Assembly (NCBI GenBank): GCA_043805855.1
Contig: JAZDHP010000042.1
Span: 1 to 34,024, forward strand
Reading direction: 5' to 3'
DNA length: 34,024 bases
Source: Candidatus Micrarchaeota archaeon
GTDB lineage: Archaea > Micrarchaeota > Micrarchaeia > Norongarragalinales > UBA8480
Shown here: positions 30,534 to 34,024 of the stretch, in pieces
Numbering within the stretch: position 1 is the first letter of the stretch
Layout of the letters: each line of letters starts with the position of its first letter
Program-made: the position numbers and the translations under genes
The notes under the pieces: generated by a model
Told to the model about the DNA's origin: nothing
Seen by the model: only the letters and a program-made list of their open reading frames with translations
The model's database searches: none

Positions 30534-33507
30534 TCTTGTAGATGTAGCCTGTGTACCCCGAATTTTCATCAATTGACTCGGCAATTGTGACGTATTTTTT
30601 ACCTTTAAATTCAAGTATATCGACTGCGCGGTTTAGTGGGGTAAAATCTGCAATCACTTCATTTATTCCATTTTGGTTTCGGCGCCAAAGTTTTCCGCCA
30701 ATGTTTGAAGCACTTGTTAAGTATAATTTGTTATCTGATAATGTTCGTATGTTTCTAATGTTACCAGTATTAGCTAGTGTTTCTTGGCTCCAGTTTATGC
30801 CATCAGTACTTCTTAATAAAGTTTTATCTTGTACGCCAAAACTACCTAAATATAATGCGTCGGTTGCTTTCATTGCTTGAATAAATATTGATGCAGTTGG
30901 TAGAATTAAATCTAAATTTACAATTGGATTTGGCTGATCCATTTTGAATAGGTACCATCCGCCGCCGTAGTATATTTGTCCATTATACTTTTCTATTGCG
31001 GTTATTTCAAACAAAGAGGTGCTTTTTCTTCCCCAGGTGTCTGTTTGGTTGTACCACATTATGTTTCCTGTTCCTGTGCTTGTTTTGGTTCCTGCGAATA
31101 GCGTGTTGTCGATTACTGTTAAGCGGTTTATTTGCTGGTTGTCATTGTGATAGACGCGGTTCCAGTTTACGCCATCGTTTGTTTTGTAGATGTCGCCGTC
31201 AATTGCGCCGGCTATTGAACTTCCTGTTCCAATGTAAAGTTCATTGTTGTAAACTGCCATTGAATAAACTCCAGTTACGCTTGTTGTAACGCGGTCAAAC
31301 CAGTTTGATTGATTTGCAGTGAAAACGGAAACCCAGTTTATTCCATCAATTGACTTGTAAACGTGTGACTTTCCAGGCGTAGTTTCGTTAAAAGTTCCAA
31401 CGAACATAGTTGAAACGCTGTTAACGTTGTAAACTGCCATTGAACCAATGCCCTCGCCTTGAAACTCGTGTAATTGAACTGTAATTGGAGTTGTGAAAGT
31501 TCGAGATTCACTTGCTCCGCTATCGCCATCAACGTCAATTGCGTTTACTTGAAAAGTGTTAGTGCCGTTAAGCAAGTCTTTTAATTGAACTTGAAATTGA
31601 GTTGAAGAAATTTGGTTCATTTGAATTGTTTTAGTTTCAACTACGTTTGTCAAAGAAAGCGTTGCGCTTGAAAGTGGTTCGCTTGAAGAAATTGCAATTG
31701 TAGTTTCGTCAGTGTTTGACAGCGCAGTTCCACTTGCTGGCGTTGGATTAACAAAAGTAATTTGCGGCGGAGTTACTTGCACTGTAAATGTTCTTTCTCC
31801 AGTTGAACCAGCGTCGCCTTGAACGTCAATTGCGTTTACTGAATAAGTGTAAGTGCCTTCAACTAAATTGGTTACGGTGTAAGTAAATTCAGTTGCGGTG
31901 TTTTTCGTCATTGTGTAAGTTGCAGTTGCTCCGTTTGGATGACGCCATTGTAAAGTTGCGCTTGCAAGTGGTTCGCTAGAGGAAATTTTTACAGTTGTGC
32001 TTTTAGCTGAAGTTGCAATTCCGTTATTTGGGGTTGGTGAAAGGAAAGTTAATTCGGGTGTTGAAACAACGTGTGCAATTGTAAATAAACGTTCGTCAGT
32101 TTCTGCTGTGTCTCCCTCGTCGTCGGTTATTGAAACGCGTTGCGAATATTGGCCTGGCGGTAAGTTTGAAAAAGCGTAAAAGTAAAATTGTGCGCTTTGT
32201 TTTGACATTAAGCTAGTTGTGGTTGAGTGCGTTGCTGTGTTTGTTAGTTCAAGTGTTGCACTTAACACTGGCTCGCTTACACTTGCAGCTATTCGTACAA
32301 AATCAGGGTCAGTTAAAACTTCGTTGTTGCTAGGCGTTGGTTGGGCGAAGTTAACTTGTGGAAATGGAACAGTTGCACTTCGCGTTTCAGTTCTTTTTGT
32401 TGTTCCATCGCCTGCAATTGCTTCAACATAGTAGCTTATTTGACCAGCGCGGCTGTTGAAAGTTTGAGAAAAAGTAATTCCATTGCCTTGCATTTCTTGC
32501 GGGGTTGTTGAACCATCTCGGTTTGTTAAATGCAAAGTAGCACGTTGTAATTCGCGGTTGCTTGAAATTGTTACTGTTAGCTGGTCGTTTAACAACTGCG
32601 CGTTGTCTTGCGGCGTTGGGTCGACAAAAGTTAATTCAATTGGAGTTAGCCGTATTTGGAATGAAATTTGGCTTGATTGCACTTCTTGCGCAGGAATTGG
32701 CCATAATGCGCTTGTTTTGCTCTCAACGCGAACTAAGTAAGTTCCATAGCTAAGCCCATTGTAAGTTGCCTCGTGGTGTTTTACGTTGTTGTTTTTCTCT
32801 TGAGTTGAAGCTATTTCTTGGCCGTTAGCTTGTTCGTAAATTACTATTTTTTCGCTGGAAGGTAAACTTGTATCCCAAGTTACTTTGATTGCCCCCTGGG
32901 CAACGTCGGTTATTGTTAAGCGCGGTCCGTTGGTTATTTTTAACTTTAAATCACACCAGGCGAAGTATTGTGTTCCTTCGTTTAAATAGCCTAAATTATA
33001 ATCTGTTATTGGTATTGGTAGGCATGTTGAACGCATTGCACTTGCACCGTGCGCTTTGCATATTTCAATTACTTTACTAGCTTGCGGCCAATCTGAAGTT
33101 AATTTTACCCGCGTTATTGGATTTTTCACAATGCACTGTGAGCAAAAAACAAGGTTATTTCCTATGCAGTCTTGCGATGAAGTAGTTTGTTCTTTTAATT
33201 TCAATATTTCGCTGAAACTTATATCAACCGATTGTCTTTTGGGTTTTGCTTCTTTTCGTATTGAAATTTGATCTTGTTGTGGTGAGTATTTTGCTTTGCT
33301 GGTGTTGATAATGTGTTTACCAATGTCGAGCACATTGTAATCCTTTATGTTAAGATTAGTGAAAGTTTTTTGCTGCTGTGGCTGGATGGTTTTAGTTTCA
33401 ATTGTTTTTACTTTTAGCGTTTGTGCAACGTTGAATGCTGAAACTGTTAGGGAAATGAGTAACAACAATAATAGTAGTACTATTCCTATTTTGCCTGCCC
33501 TACTCAT
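30523..33507 (-). CDS. Large secreted protein: Cys-rich region, FN3-like domain, four tandem Ig-like repeats, C-terminal beta-propeller
   Basis: 994 aa with a signal peptide. Four ~96-aa repeats 'P..TF..PTP......ISSSEPL.SATL...M....F....L..G...Y.V.A.D..G.....E.RTFT' (about 31490-32646) and blades 'SMAVYN..LY.GT...YKS.DG.NW'. Confidence 0.88.
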   Translation of the reverse strand: MSRAGKIGIVLLLLLLLISLTVSAFNVAQTLKVKTIETKTIQPQQQKTFTNLNIKDYNVLDIGKHIINTSKAKYSPQQDQISIRKEAKPKRQSVDISFSEILKLKEQTTSSQDCIGNNLVFCSQCIVKNPITRVKLTSDWPQASKVIEICKAHGASAMRSTCLPIPITDYNLGYLNEGTQYFAWCDLKLKITNGPRLTITDVAQGAIKVTWDTSLPSSEKIVIYEQANGQEIASTQEKNNNVKHHEATYNGLSYGTYLVRVESKTSALWPIPAQEVQSSQISFQIRLTPIELTFVDPTPQDNAQLLNDQLTVTISSNRELQRATLHLTNRDGSTTPQEMQGNGITFSQTFNSRAGQISYYVEAIAGDGTTKRTETRSATVPFPQVNFAQPTPSNNEVLTDPDFVRIAASVSEPVLSATLELTNTATHSTTTSLMSKQSAQFYFYAFSNLPPGQYSQRVSITDDEGDTAETDERLFTIAHVVSTPELTFLSPTPNNGIATSAKSTTVKISSSEPLASATLQWRHPNGATATYTMTKNTATEFTYTVTNLVEGTYTYSVNAIDVQGDAGSTGERTFTVQVTPPQITFVNPTPASGTALSNTDETTIAISSSEPLSSATLSLTNVVETKTIQMNQISSTQFQVQLKDLLNGTNTFQVNAIDVDGDSGASESRTFTTPITVQLHEFQGEGIGSMAVYNVNSVSTMFVGTFNETTPGKSHVYKSIDGINWVSVFTANQSNWFDRVTTSVTGVYSMAVYNNELYIGTGSSIAGAIDGDIYKTNDGVNWNRVYHNDNQQINRLTVIDNTLFAGTKTSTGTGNIMWYNQTDTWGRKSTSLFEITAIEKYNGQIYYGGGWYLFKMDQPNPIVNLDLILPTASIFIQAMKATDALYLGSFGVQDKTLLRSTDGINWSQETLANTGNIRNIRTLSDNKLYLTSASNIGGKLWRRNQNGINEVIADFTPLNRAVDILEFKGKKYVTIAESIDENSGYTGYIYKITG

Positions 33508-33574
33508 AGCAATAGTATATAACGCTCGTGCTATTTCTGCTTTTCGGCTTTATAAAGAAAAATATTGCTTTTTT

Positions 33575-34024
33575 TCAAGGTGCAAGTCGGTTTACATTAC
33601 GCGGGAATGGTATTGCGTCGCGGATTGAGTCTAGCTTTAGCAGCCAGCGGCATATTCTTTCTGATCCCATACCAAAGCCAGAGTGCGGCACTGTGCCGTG
33701 TTTACGTAGTTCAAGGAACCACTCATAGTCAGCAGGGTTTAAGTTTTGTTCTTTTATTCGACGCACTAGTTCATCGTAATCGCAAACTCGTTCTGAACCG
33801 CCGATTATTTCTCCAATTCCCTCTGGCGCCAATAGATCGCCGTCAAGAACAGTCTTCGGATCGCGGGGGTTTATTTTCATGTAAAACGCCCTAATTTCTT
33901 TTGGCATGTTTATCAAGAACATTGGCTGTTTGTTTTCCTGTACTAGGATTTTTTCCTCGTCGAGTCCAATGCCGTCGCCCCATTTTATTTTAACTTTTTT
34001 CTTTTGTAAAATTTCAACTGCTTC
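33575..34024 (-). CDS. asnS: Asparagine--tRNA ligase, C-terminal part (5' end outside the window)
   Basis: Frame is open to the window end. Motifs 'IKWGDGIG', 'RAFYMK', 'DLLAPEGIGEIIGGSER', 'LRKHGTVPHSGFGMGSER' and 'AIPFPR'. Confidence 0.92.
   Translation of the reverse strand, partial: EAVEILQKKKVKIKWGDGIGLDEEKILVQENKQPMFLINMPKEIRAFYMKINPRDPKTVLDGDLLAPEGIGEIIGGSERVCDYDELVRRIKEQNLNPADYEWFLELRKHGTVPHSGFGMGSERICRWLLKLDSIRDAIPFPRNVNRLAP

Noticed and set aside
31246..31444. Identical 19-bp sequence at 31246-31264 and 31426-31444
   Set aside because: Explained by repeated beta-propeller blades (SMAVYN) within the coding sequence.
445..33894. Numerous alternative-frame and antisense ORFs in the track (e.g. 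3082-3468, 13895-14326, 15500-16036, 17702-18229, 20340-20879, 25038-25445, 33565-33894)
   Set aside because: They overlap well-supported genes on the other strand or frame and show no motifs of their own.

Overview
This is archaeal chromosomal DNA. The evidence is a family-B DNA polymerase with a PIP box, a fibrillarin-Nop5 pair, a type II Map, an intron-containing tRNA without an encoded CCA, and TATA boxes about 25 nt upstream of apparently leaderless starts. The gene style suggests a DPANN archaeon such as Micrarchaeota or Diapherotrites (inference). In order, the window holds: (1) a tightly packed array of 8 small membrane-protein genes containing an exact 65-bp gene-start duplication followed by a hairpin; (2) two coiled-coil proteins, a VapBC pair and a HerA/VirB4-like protein with eroded Walker motifs; (3) polB with a 418-aa LAGLIDADG intein, overlapping an HhH-GPD-like glycosylase; (4) a DUF4258-like plus Zn-finger/AbrB toxin-antitoxin pair beside tRNA-Arg(CCG), which has a 58-nt intron; (5) orphan M14-like and JAB-like metalloenzymes, an Ig-repeat surface protein, map, a flippase-like protein, a methyltransferase fused to an antitoxin-type Zn finger, and flpA-nop5; (6) an operon of thioredoxin, nrdJ (366-aa intein) and an ECF S-component, preceded by two bacterial-type NrdR boxes 32 bp apart; (7) two more large surface proteins, a TrmB-like regulator divergent from a MazG-like gene across a perfect 10-bp inverted repeat, and the 3' part of asnS. 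No CRISPR array, transposase, integrase or reverse transcriptase was seen. All family assignments come from motif recognition by eye, not from database searches.
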